IMG/VR virus record: IMGVR_UViG_3300042907_002442
From: an uncultured virus (IMG/VR IMGVR_UViG_3300042907_002442)
Taxonomy: Duplodnaviria > Heunggongvirae > Uroviricota > Caudoviricetes
Length of the DNA: 64,000 nucleotides
Strand: one strand, 5' to 3'
The notes below the pieces were generated by a model. It ran no database searches. It was not told the origin of the DNA and was given only the letters and a program-made list of their open reading frames with translations. A program made the translations under genes and the position numbers. Shown piece by piece: positions 47,722 through 58,200 of this stretch. Within the stretch, counting starts at the first letter, position 1. Each line of letters opens with the position of its first letter.

Positions 47722-48720
47722 GTGCCTAAGACTTTATTAGTAGATGGTGACAACCTTTTCAAGATTGGTTTTCACGGAGTCAAAGAACTTTATAACGATG
47801 GTTCTCACATAGGAGGGGTATACCATTTCATCAACACTATCCGGAAATTTCTTGAAGAACACAATCATGACAAAGTTATAGTATTTTGGGACGGAGATTC
47901 GAACTCATCCGTAAGGAAAGGTTTGTATCCTCAATATAAAGGAAACCGTCGCCAAGATATGAATGAGTACAAATACGAATCTTACCTACAACAAAAGGCT
48001 AGAGTAAAGATGTATTTGGAGGAGGTTTTCGTCCGACAGGTTGAAATGAAAGATAATGAAGCCGATGACCTAATAGCTTACTATTGTCAAATTGCGACCG
48101 ATGAAGACATTATAATCTTCTCAGCAGACAAAGACCTCACCCAACTTATAAGTCAAAGAGTGACTATCTATTCACCTGTGGCAAAGAGGTATTTTAAGAA
48201 TGGAGATAAGATAACAATCAACAAGGTTGACATCCCACATTATAACATCACTGTTACAAAAATATTCACAGGAGACAAATCAGACAATATTGACGGTATT
48301 GAAGGTTTGGGAGAAAAAACTTTGGTTAAACTTTTTCCGTTTATGCTTGAAAAACCATGCACTATCCAAGAAATATTGGATTATGCACGAAATATCCAAC
48401 AAAAGAAATTACCAAAATCTTTAGAAAATATTTTGACAGGACGGACCAAAAGTGGTATACTTGGAGAAGAGTTTTACGTTGTGAATCAAATGATTGTTGA
48501 CCTTCATAATCCCCTCATAAACCAAGAAGGTAAACAACTTGTTGAACAGATTCATACCGATACCATGGACCCTACTGACCGAGGTTATAAAAACCTTATG
48601 AGGCTGATGATGGAAGACGGCCTATTTAAATACCTACCTAAAAACGACGAAGCGTGGGTAAACTTCCTAAAACCATTTATGAAACTAACAAGAAAAGAAA
48701 AACGAAACACAAAAAAATGA
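47722..48720 (+). CDS. 5'-3' exonuclease / flap endonuclease (T4 RNase H or Pol I N-terminal-like)
   Basis: LLVDGDNL, YKGNR, EADDLIA, SADKDLTQL, GDKSDNIDGIEGLGEKT. Confidence 0.92.
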   Translation: MPKTLLVDGDNLFKIGFHGVKELYNDGSHIGGVYHFINTIRKFLEEHNHDKVIVFWDGDSNSSVRKGLYPQYKGNRRQDMNEYKYESYLQQKARVKMYLEEVFVRQVEMKDNEADDLIAYYCQIATDEDIIIFSADKDLTQLISQRVTIYSPVAKRYFKNGDKITINKVDIPHYNITVTKIFTGDKSDNIDGIEGLGEKTLVKLFPFMLEKPCTIQEILDYARNIQQKKLPKSLENILTGRTKSGILGEEFYVVNQMIVDLHNPLINQEGKQLVEQIHTDTMDPTDRGYKNLMRLMMEDGLFKYLPKNDEAWVNFLKPFMKLTRKEKRNTKK

Positions 48721-49178
48721 AAAACATGAAAGAACACGACAGCATCAAGATGGAATTTTTGTTGACCCTGAACGACAACATCGTCGTCCAAAGATTCTTC
48801 AACGTCAAAGGTTTCAACCCTGAAGCAAAAAACTCTACCGAGTTTTATCATTTCATCAAATCCTTATCCGAGGAGCTACAGTATTACCTCAAAATGAAAA
48901 CAGTTATCTATATGATGGATAACATGGAGGCAATCATTCATGACCCCAAGATTATGGATACGTCTTTTACCGAGGGTCCTGAAAACTTCTATCTTTCTGT
49001 GAAAGTAGGAGACCAGACAATTTGTCAGAGAATTTTCGATGGAAAAAAGTTTCCACCCAAAGTTCGTTACACCGTTGACGTAAGACCATATTTGAAGGAT
49101 GTTCTTAAAGAACTGACTGACATTTTTTCAAATTCCGAATTATCTTACGAATATTGCGGAATTGATTTGAGAGATTGA
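48717..49178 (+). CDS. hypothetical protein
   Basis: In-frame ATG at 48717 overlaps the exonuclease stop; preferred over the track start. Confidence 0.7.
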   Translation: MKNMKEHDSIKMEFLLTLNDNIVVQRFFNVKGFNPEAKNSTEFYHFIKSLSEELQYYLKMKTVIYMMDNMEAIIHDPKIMDTSFTEGPENFYLSVKVGDQTICQRIFDGKKFPPKVRYTVDVRPYLKDVLKELTDIFSNSELSYEYCGIDLRD

Positions 49179-49211
49179 TATTTAAAATAAGAGGGGATAT
49201 TTTCTTTGGCT

Positions 49212-50591
49212 ATGAACAAAAACTTTGACTACTTAGGTAACACGTTTCAAATACAACTTATCAACCAACTAATAGAGGATAAAGACTTTGCATCCTCAAT
49301 TGTCGACGTTCTTGAGCCATCGTATTTTGACAACAAGTATTTTAAAATCATCATTCAGATGATTAAAGAATATCATTCAAAGTATGAAGCTTCTCCTAAC
49401 TTTGAAACAATTGAACAGATTGTAAGGGCTGAAGTCACCCAAGAATTGGTTGTCAAAATTGTTTTGGATACTTTAAAACAAATCAAAGATGCACCAGTTG
49501 AAGGGGCTCAGTTTGTTCAAGAGAAAGCTTTGAAATTCTGTAAACAACAAGAGTTGAAAAAGGCTATGGACAGAGCTCAGAAAATCATCACTGAAGGTGA
49601 CTTTGAGTCTTATGACAAAGTTGAGGGTTTAGTAAGAGAAGCTCTTCAAGTTGGAGAAGTTGAAAAGAATGTTACAGATATTTTCTCAGGTTTGGATACT
49701 GTTTTGGAAGATGATTACAGACATCCAATTCCTATGGGAATAACAGGTATTGATAGATTGTTAAAGGGTGGATTAGCCAAAGGTGAGATTGGGGTCATAC
49801 TTGCACCCACTGGTGTTGGTAAGACCACAATCCTCACTAAAATAGCCAATACCGCATTTAATCACGGTTATAACGTTTTACAAATCTTTTTTGAAGACAA
49901 TCCAAAAATTATTCAGAGAAAACACTTCACCATTTGGACAGGCGTTGAACCTGACAAATTAGCCGAACACAGAGAAAAAGTAATGGATAAAATCTCAGAG
50001 ATTCAAGATACAATGAAGAACAAATTGATTCTCAAGAAATTGGCTTCAGACACTGTAACTATGAATCATATCAAAAATCAGGTGAGAAAAATGATTGCTG
50101 AGGGAAATAAAATTGATTTGATTCTATTAGATTACATAGATTGTGTTCTACCTGAACAAAGTGCTAAAGACGAATGGAAGGCCGAAGGTTCAATTATGAG
50201 GGCATTCGAAGCCATGTGTCACGAATTAAATCTTGTGGGATGGACTGCAACCCAAGGAAATAGAAGTTCAATTTCATCTGAAGTTGTTACAACAGACCAA
50301 ATGGGTGGTTCAATCAAGAAAGCACAAGTAGGCCACGTTATTATTACTGTGGCAAAGACATTACAACAAAAAGAGATGAACCTTGCAACAATAGCCATCA
50401 CTAAATCTCGTCTTGGTAAAGACGGGGTTGTTTTCGAGAACTGTAAATTCAATAATGAATTACTTGAAATCGACACTGAATCATCAATCACATTCCTAGG
50501 ATTTGAAGAGCAACAAGAAGAAAGAAAAAGAGATAGGGTCAAAGAACTGTTGGAGAAAAGAAAACAACGTGAACAACAAAAAAGTCCCTAA
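49212..50591 (+). CDS. replicative DnaB-like helicase (gp41-like)
   Basis: LAPTGVGKT, LLDYID, WTATQGNR, KSRLG. Confidence 0.9.
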   Translation: MNKNFDYLGNTFQIQLINQLIEDKDFASSIVDVLEPSYFDNKYFKIIIQMIKEYHSKYEASPNFETIEQIVRAEVTQELVVKIVLDTLKQIKDAPVEGAQFVQEKALKFCKQQELKKAMDRAQKIITEGDFESYDKVEGLVREALQVGEVEKNVTDIFSGLDTVLEDDYRHPIPMGITGIDRLLKGGLAKGEIGVILAPTGVGKTTILTKIANTAFNHGYNVLQIFFEDNPKIIQRKHFTIWTGVEPDKLAEHREKVMDKISEIQDTMKNKLILKKLASDTVTMNHIKNQVRKMIAEGNKIDLILLDYIDCVLPEQSAKDEWKAEGSIMRAFEAMCHELNLVGWTATQGNRSSISSEVVTTDQMGGSIKKAQVGHVIITVAKTLQQKEMNLATIAITKSRLGKDGVVFENCKFNNELLEIDTESSITFLGFEEQQEERKRDRVKELLEKRKQREQQKSP

Positions 50592-50725
50592 TTAAATATC
50601 TACTTTTTTCAAAAAAAACTTATTTTTTTTTAATTAAATTTGTGGTCGGTTCATCGCCGACCATATATTTAATAAGAAAATCACCGATTTTTTAAATAAA
50701 ATCATTTTACAAAAAAATTACAAAA

Positions 50726-52588
50726 ATGGACATTTCAAACAGAATTTTATCAGACATCACGGTGTACATGAAGTATGCAAAGTACATCCCTGAGTTAAAG
50801 AGAAGAGAGACTTGGCAAGAGTTAGTAACAAGAAACATGGAGATGCACATCAAAAAGTATCCCCAATTAGAAAAAGAAATCCGTGAGAACTACATGTATG
50901 TTTACAAGAAACAAGTTCTCCCATCGATGAGGTCAATGCAGTTCGCAGGAAAACCAATCGAAATCTCACCAAACAGAATTTACAACTGTGCATACGCACC
51001 CGTAGACGATTGGAGAGTATTCTCTGAAATCATGTTCTTATTACTTGGAGGTACAGGGGTTGGTTATTCCGTACAAAATCATCACGTTGAACAACTTCCC
51101 GAAATTAGAAAACCAAGTAAGGATAGAGGTAGAAGATGGTTAGTTGCAGATTCTATTGAAGGATGGGCTGACGCTGTAAAAGTATTGGTTAAATCCTATT
51201 TTTATGGAGGTTCTCACATTCAGTTTGATTTCAGTGACATCAGACCAAAAGGGGCTCGGTTGGTAACCTCAGGTGGTAAAGCACCTGGACCTCAACCCCT
51301 CAAAGAGTGTCTTATAAAACTCGAAGGAATTTTGGATTCCAAGTCAGATGGTGAAAAACTAAGAGCTATTGAAGTTCATGATATGGTATGTCATATTGCT
51401 GACGCTGTATTGGCTGGTGGTATCAGAAGAGCGGCACTTATTTCATTATTTTCCGCAACAGATGAGGAAATGATTGGTTGTAAGAGTGGTTCTTGGTGGG
51501 AACATAACCCTCAAAGAGGACGAGCTAATAATTCCGCAGTACTAATGAGACACAAGATTACCAAAGACTATTTTATGGACCTTTGGAAAAGAATCGAGGC
51601 TAGTGGTGCGGGAGAACCTGGAATCTACTTGAGTAACGATAAAGATTGGGGAACAAACCCATGTTGTGAAATTGCTCTAAGACCTTTCCAATTCTGTAAT
51701 CTTACAGAGGTAAACGTATCGAATGTTGTATCACAGGAAGATTATGAGGACAGAGTAAAGGCTGCAACATTTATTGGAACCCTACAAGCAGGATATACTG
51801 ATTTCCATTATCTTAGACCTATTTGGCAAAGAACAACAGAGAAAGATGCTTTGATTGGAATTTCAATGACAGGTATTGGTTCAGGAGCTGTGTTGGGTTT
51901 AAATATGAAAGCAGCGGCGAAAGTTGTTAAAGAAGAAAATAAAAGAGTTGCTGACGTTATTGGTATCAACCCTGCAGCGAGAACAACAACAGTTAAACCA
52001 GCAGGTACAACTTCACTTACATTAGGTACATCATCAGGAATCCATGCTTGGCACAATGATTATTATATAAGAAGGGTTAGAGTTGGTAAAAATGAATCAA
52101 TCTATTCTTACTTAAAAGATAATCACTCAGAGTTAGTTGAGGATGAATATTTCAGACCACACGATACTGCAGTAATTGGTATTCCACAAAAAGCACCCGA
52201 AGGGTCAATCCTGAGAAACGAATCACCAATTCAACTTCTTGAAAGAGTAAAAAGAGTTCAACAAGAGTGGATTAAACCAGGTCACAGAAGTGGTTCAAAT
52301 GCTCACAACGTATCTGCAACAGTTTCCATTCGTGAACACGAGTGGCCTGCTGTAGGAGAGTGGATGTGGGAGAATAAAGAGTATTATAATGGATTATCGG
52401 TATTACCATACGATGGAGGAACTTATATTCAAGCACCATTCGAAGATTGTTCGAAAGAAAAATACGAGGAGTTGATGAAAACGTTACACGACGTGGATTT
52501 ATCAAAAATAGTAGAAGTAGATGATAATACAGACTTATCAGGCGAAGCGGCTTGTGCCGGTGGAGCTTGTGAAGTAAAATTTGTCTAA
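50726..52588 (+). CDS. nrdJ: class II (adenosylcobalamin-dependent) ribonucleotide reductase, monomeric RTPR type
   Basis: YNCA, GGTGVG, GGIRRAA, TNPCCEI, CNLTEV, TTVKPAGT, C-terminal ACAGGACE; no small-subunit gene adjacent. Confidence 0.88.
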   Translation: MDISNRILSDITVYMKYAKYIPELKRRETWQELVTRNMEMHIKKYPQLEKEIRENYMYVYKKQVLPSMRSMQFAGKPIEISPNRIYNCAYAPVDDWRVFSEIMFLLLGGTGVGYSVQNHHVEQLPEIRKPSKDRGRRWLVADSIEGWADAVKVLVKSYFYGGSHIQFDFSDIRPKGARLVTSGGKAPGPQPLKECLIKLEGILDSKSDGEKLRAIEVHDMVCHIADAVLAGGIRRAALISLFSATDEEMIGCKSGSWWEHNPQRGRANNSAVLMRHKITKDYFMDLWKRIEASGAGEPGIYLSNDKDWGTNPCCEIALRPFQFCNLTEVNVSNVVSQEDYEDRVKAATFIGTLQAGYTDFHYLRPIWQRTTEKDALIGISMTGIGSGAVLGLNMKAAAKVVKEENKRVADVIGINPAARTTTVKPAGTTSLTLGTSSGIHAWHNDYYIRRVRVGKNESIYSYLKDNHSELVEDEYFRPHDTAVIGIPQKAPEGSILRNESPIQLLERVKRVQQEWIKPGHRSGSNAHNVSATVSIREHEWPAVGEWMWENKEYYNGLSVLPYDGGTYIQAPFEDCSKEKYEELMKTLHDVDLSKIVEVDDNTDLSGEAACAGGACEVKFV

Positions 52589-52776
52589 TGAAAAAAAATG
52601 ATAAAAATAAAGGGGAGAAGTCAGAAAAACTTCTCCCTTTGTATTATAGCGAAGGTGACAGAATAATTTTCACAGAAGAGTTCCATATTCGAAGGGGACA
52701 ATGTTGTGGGAATGGATGTAGACACTGTCCATATGACCCTAAGTGGAAAAAGGGTAATACTTTAATAAAAAAATAA
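52588..52776 (+). CDS. small Cys-rich protein (DUF5522-like)
   Basis: FTEEFHIRRGQCCGNGCRHCPY. Confidence 0.65.
   Translation: MKKNDKNKGEKSEKLLPLYYSEGDRIIFTEEFHIRRGQCCGNGCRHCPYDPKWKKGNTLIKK
52609..52641 (+). terminator. putative terminator hairpin after nrdJ (inside the next ORF)
   Basis: AAAGGGGAGAAG-N9-CTTCTCCCTTT. Confidence 0.45.
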
Positions 52777-52796
52777 TCAAAGTATATTTATGGGAT

Positions 52797-53273
52797 ATGG
52801 CAGACGGAACAACCTATGGTATAAAATTCCCATTCAACGATTCTTTCAGAGGGGACTTTCTTGAGCTGACTGAGTATACCTCTCAACAAATAAGAGCTGA
52901 TTTAATTCATCTTATTCTGACGAGGAAGGGTTCTAGATATTATTTACCTGAATTCGGAACTAGAATATACGAATTCGTTTTCGAACCTTTGGACGGTTTG
53001 ACATTCCAAGCTATAGAGTCAGATATAAGAGATGCGATACAAAGATTTATGCCAAATTTATTGGTGAATCAAATTACCATCGAACCGGCTGATGAATCTA
53101 TGGAGGTCAACATGGAAATGGGTCAAATAACTGCGGATGAAACTGCAAGACTTTATGATGTTTACAGACTACCTGGAAGGGGTACAGCCGAGTATACTGC
53201 AAAAATAAAAATAGATTATTCCACAAATGCTCAAACATTTGCCGAAAGTGATTTTATAATTATCAATATTTAA
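52797..53273 (+). CDS. baseplate wedge / sheath initiator (gp25-like)
   Basis: YGIKFPF...QIRADLIHLILTRKGSR...PEFGT..YEFVFEP; TATTTAT at 52785-91. Confidence 0.9.
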   Translation: MADGTTYGIKFPFNDSFRGDFLELTEYTSQQIRADLIHLILTRKGSRYYLPEFGTRIYEFVFEPLDGLTFQAIESDIRDAIQRFMPNLLVNQITIEPADESMEVNMEMGQITADETARLYDVYRLPGRGTAEYTAKIKIDYSTNAQTFAESDFIIINI

Positions 53274-53278
53274 AAATA

Positions 53279-55117
53279 ATGGCTAACCGTCAAATATCAT
53301 ATACGTCAAGGGACTTTGCGTCAATCAGGGTTGAACTACAAAATTACGTAAGGACTTATTACCCTGAACTGATTCAAGATTTCAATGATGCATCAGTATT
53401 TTCTGTATTCTTAGATTTGAATGCTGCGGTTGCCGATAACTTACATTACCATATAGATAGAAGTATTCAAGAGACTGTTCTACAATACGCACAACAAAAA
53501 ACTTCTATATATAACATAGCGAGAACCTACGGTTTGAAAATCCCTGGTATGAGACCATCGGTATCATTAGTGGATTTTTCAATTACGGTTCCGGCGTTTG
53601 GAGATAAAGAAGATGAGAGATACTTAGGAACTTTGGTGAGAGGTTCTCAAATTATAGGTTCTGGATTGGTATTTGAAAATGTTGAGGATATTGATTTCTC
53701 ATCTCCGTACAATTCTCAAGGTTTTCCCAATAGAGTTAAAATACCAAATTTCAATAGTAATGGGATTTTAGTAAACTATACCATCACCAAAAGAGAAATA
53801 GTTGTAAACGGAATTACAAAAGTATTCAAAAGAGTAATAACACCAAGTGATGTGAAACCATTCTTTGAATTGTTCCTACCTGAAAAAAATGTTTTGGGTA
53901 TTACAAGTGTATTGTTGAAGGATGGAACACAATATACAAACATTCCTACAACAGCTGAGTTTCTTGGTGCTGCAAATAGATGGTATGAAGTTGACGCCCT
54001 AGCTGAGGATAGAGTATTTGTAGAAGACCCTACTAAAGTATCAGACCAACCAGGAATCAAAGTTGGAAGATATATACAAACTCAAAATAGGTTTATTACC
54101 GAATACACCTCTGAGGGTTTTAAAAAAATGACTTTCGGTGGTGGTACAAATACTGCACAGGATGCCTTGGACCAATTCACTACGTTAGGTACCACTTTGA
54201 ATATCCAAAAGTATTCTAATAATATTTCCTTAGGTGCAGCTTTGAGACCTAATTCCACTTTGTTCATTCAGTATAGAGTGGGTGGAGGATTGAATACTAA
54301 CTTAGGTACAAATGTAATCAATCAAGTTGGCACAGTTTCATTTTTTGTGAACGGTCCATCTGAAACAATCAATACAGCTGTTGTAAACTCTTTGAGATGT
54401 ACAAACGTAACTGCGGCAATCGGTGGGGCTAACATGCCAAGCACCGATGAGATTCGTAACTATGTATCATTCAATTTTTCTGCACAAAAAAGAGCTGTAA
54501 CAGTTCAAGACTATGAATCCATAATCAGGAATATGCCTTCACAATTTGGTGCACCGGCTAAAGTATCAATAACAGAAAACGATAATAAAATATTGATTCA
54601 AATTCTATCGTATGATACACAGGGTAAACTTACGAATATTGTCTCCAATACCTTAAAACAAAATATTGCGAATTATTTGTCAAATTATAGAATGATGAAT
54701 GATTATATATCAATTTTCAGTGCTGAGGTGATTGATTTGAGTGTAGATGTATCTATTGTTTTGGATTCGGCTCAAAACTCAGGACAAGTGATTTCTTCTG
54801 TAATCGATAAAGTATCTACATATTTCAATCCACAATTACGACAATTAGGTCAAAATGTTTATTTGTCTGAGTTGAGAAGTCAAATACAAAATACTAATGG
54901 AGTTTTAACCGTGGCAGGACTAGATATTTTCAACGAGGTTGGTGGACAATATTCTTCAGCTGAAACTTCCATGAGATATTCAGACCCTGAGACAAGACAA
55001 ATAGAACCTGTTGATGACACTATCTTTGCACAACCTAATCAGGTTTATCAAATTAGATTCCCTAATAAAGACATTCGAGTGTCAGTGAAGAACTTCCAAA
55101 CAATTACATTCTCCTAA
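53279..55117 (+). CDS. baseplate wedge protein (gp6 / baseplate J-like)
   Basis: YTSRDFASIR, DFNDAS, YRVGGG, AAIGGAN, QKRAVTVQDYE. Confidence 0.88.
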   Translation: MANRQISYTSRDFASIRVELQNYVRTYYPELIQDFNDASVFSVFLDLNAAVADNLHYHIDRSIQETVLQYAQQKTSIYNIARTYGLKIPGMRPSVSLVDFSITVPAFGDKEDERYLGTLVRGSQIIGSGLVFENVEDIDFSSPYNSQGFPNRVKIPNFNSNGILVNYTITKREIVVNGITKVFKRVITPSDVKPFFELFLPEKNVLGITSVLLKDGTQYTNIPTTAEFLGAANRWYEVDALAEDRVFVEDPTKVSDQPGIKVGRYIQTQNRFITEYTSEGFKKMTFGGGTNTAQDALDQFTTLGTTLNIQKYSNNISLGAALRPNSTLFIQYRVGGGLNTNLGTNVINQVGTVSFFVNGPSETINTAVVNSLRCTNVTAAIGGANMPSTDEIRNYVSFNFSAQKRAVTVQDYESIIRNMPSQFGAPAKVSITENDNKILIQILSYDTQGKLTNIVSNTLKQNIANYLSNYRMMNDYISIFSAEVIDLSVDVSIVLDSAQNSGQVISSVIDKVSTYFNPQLRQLGQNVYLSELRSQIQNTNGVLTVAGLDIFNEVGGQYSSAETSMRYSDPETRQIEPVDDTIFAQPNQVYQIRFPNKDIRVSVKNFQTITFS

Positions 55118-55206
55118 CAAGTTTATTTTCCCTTGAGATAATCTATAATTAGGTTGTGTGTATTTTGTAAAAATACCACAATAACTATTTATCATAAAAG
55201 TATTTG

Positions 55207-58200
55207 ATGGGTCAATCTTATCGTATAAGGACCGAGCTTGGTATTACAAAAACAATAAATGTAGAGCTTACTCAAGAATTTGAATTCTTAGAAATTCTAT
55301 CTCTTAAACTCCAACAACAAGATGTCTATTCAAGATTGTGTGCGGACTATGGTGTTGTTGTAGGAAGAGTTACTGCAAACAATGGCTTGGGTATACCAAA
55401 TGCCAGAGTTGCTATTTTTGTTCCAATAGAACAAATTGACCAATCAAATCCTGTTATATCGTCCATATATCCTTACAATTCACCGTCTGACAGGAATGAG
55501 GATGGGTATAGGTATAATCTTCTACCTTACGAACCATCTTATACAGGCCATGCAGCCACAGGTACTTTACCATCAAGATTAGACGTGTTGACAGGACAAA
55601 CCGCTGTTGAAATTTATGACAAATATTACAAACTAACTGCAAAAACTAATGACAGTGGGGATTACATGATTATGGGAGTTCCTCTTGGTGAGCAAACCAT
55701 AGTAATGGATGTTGATTTATCTGACATAGGAGAATTCTCTCTTACACCTCAAGACCTTATTAGAATGGGTCTAGCGACAGAGGCCCAAGTCGCGGGAAAT
55801 AGATTCAGAACATCTGCAGATTTGAACTCCCTACCTCAGATTATAAATTTAACAAAAGTTGTTGAAGTTTCTCCACTTTGGGGTGAACCTGCTGTTTGTC
55901 AAATAGCTATAAACAGAGTTGACTTTGATTTAAGAAATGAAGCTAACGTTGACATTCAACCCACAGCAGTTTTCATGGGTTCAATTTTTTCAACTTCAGA
56001 ACAATACGCAATCAAAAGAAATTCCAAACCCAAAGATGATTTTGGTAATCTTTGTCAGTTAGAAACAGGTCCAGGTCAAATTTTGGCTATACGTCAAACA
56101 TTACAAGTTGATTTAAGTGGTAACCCTTTTTTAGAACAATATGAGATAGAAAAAAATGGTAATGTAATCGATGGTAACGGTGCTTGGTTGATTGAGTTAC
56201 CTATGAATTTGGAGTATCTAGTAACAAATGAATTTGGAGAAAGGATAATTTCATACGACCCATCAATAGGAATACCAACAAAATCGAAGTATAGGTTTAA
56301 GATTAAATGGCAACAATCTTCTAATGCGTCTGAGCAATATAGAAGGGCGTATTATTTGATTCCTAACATAAGAGAATTCGGTTGGCCAAGTGATATACAA
56401 GACCCGAATCTCAGTAACATATTCAACTCTCAACTACAAAGTTCGTATTATTTTGGACTGGACTGGAGTGGATATACCTCAGGATTACAAGGGCAAGAAG
56501 CGGTTGATAAATTGGACCAAATTATAAATTGTGAAGACACTTTTTACGAATTTGAATATAACAGGGTTTATACGGTTTCAGGTTTAATAGACCAATATAA
56601 AGATGGTTCAAGAGGTAGGTTTATAGGAATTAAAGAAATAGATAACAATTCTTGTGAGGAAACAGTAAACAAAGTTCCAGTGAATGAAGGATTCAGAAAT
56701 TTCGACCTTCTTTTCTTTGTTTATAGTATATTACTACAAATATTACAGATTGTAGGTGTCCCACTTCTTATTACATATCACCTTATTGCCGCACTTTGGA
56801 ACTTTGTTGTTGATATTAGAAACGGTTTGACAACATTAGGATATGCAATTGGTGGTCTCATGACTTTAGTCGGTGCAATTGAGGTTATATTTGCCGGTAC
56901 CCAATTCTCCTCAATTTTTACAAATCCAGGTGGGTTAGCCGGAGGTTTGGTTGTATTAAAAAAGGCTATCGCATTTACAACAACAGGTCTTACAATATTA
57001 GGGATAACTATAGGTATTGATATATTGACAAGACTTTTGAGGAGAAGGTCGTTCAACAGATTTTATCTTCCAATTCTTACTTACCCCGATTGTTCATCCT
57101 GCTCTTGTGGTGAATCATTTTCAGATTCAGATGTGGGAGGTTCTAAAGTTTCTTTATTGACACAATTTTCAAGTAGTTTTTTTTATTATGAGAAAATTTT
57201 ACAATCTCTAACCTCTCAATATTCAAGTGAAGATGCTCAAATCGTTGCACTTTCATTCTCTCAAGCAATGGGAACTGTGGGTGGTGATGAGGCTGCGGAT
57301 AATTATAAAACTACCGTGTCACCTGAAACAAATTTAGTGGATGGTAATGATAGGTTTTTTGCTTATTCGCCAGACCTACCTTTTGGTGAAAGAATCAACG
57401 TTTTCAATACAAGAAAAAAATACTTTGATGGAATAAATAAAATAAGTGTTTCATTTGATTATCCCGCAAATTCTGCACTACAACACTTTGATAACACCTT
57501 GACAGTAGTTTCTCAAACATCTTTTGAAAGTGGTACACTTATGACATTTGTTGATATTGCAAGAACACAAGATGTAAACTACACAACGACTGGTTCTACT
57601 GTCGCATCTGGATTCCCAAATGGGATATCGGGAACATCAATAAACCCAAGTTTATCACAATACCCTGTTGAGTATGCTATCAATCAAACAACAAATTCTC
57701 AGCCTGTAAATTATATACTTAGTACAGGTTCAACTATAACAAATTATAAGTTTCCCTCTGATATAGAGTATTATCAGGTTGTAACAGCTATCACTATAAG
57801 TGATGCTATACAGATTTGGGGTGGTAATACAACAAATGGTTTATTACCAACAATATTCAGTTCTGACACCGATATCCTATGGAACAGAAGGACTGGTTCA
57901 AGTTGGGGAGGATTGAGCATTACTACTTACCCTGTTTCAGCGACGTTTGCTGATTTCAATTCTCAATATGTTCTCATTCTTCAGAGAGGGGTTGACCCAT
58001 ATTCACCAAACTATGTAAATAGGTATGGTCTTGGTAAATTATTTGGGTATCCAAATGAAAATGACTACGTTGTCACAGCTTCAACTAGATTAAATATACC
58101 AATTCAAAAAAACACAGATACAACAACTTCTGTCCAAAAATTTAATAACCAAAGTAACATATTTTATCCATCACACTTTTTTAGACCTGGAAATGATTAT

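Noticed and set aside
50592..50725. Cobalamin riboswitch or NrdR box before nrdJ
   Set aside because: The region is short and very AT-rich with only a small hairpin and a short palindrome; no B12 box or convincing NrdR consensus
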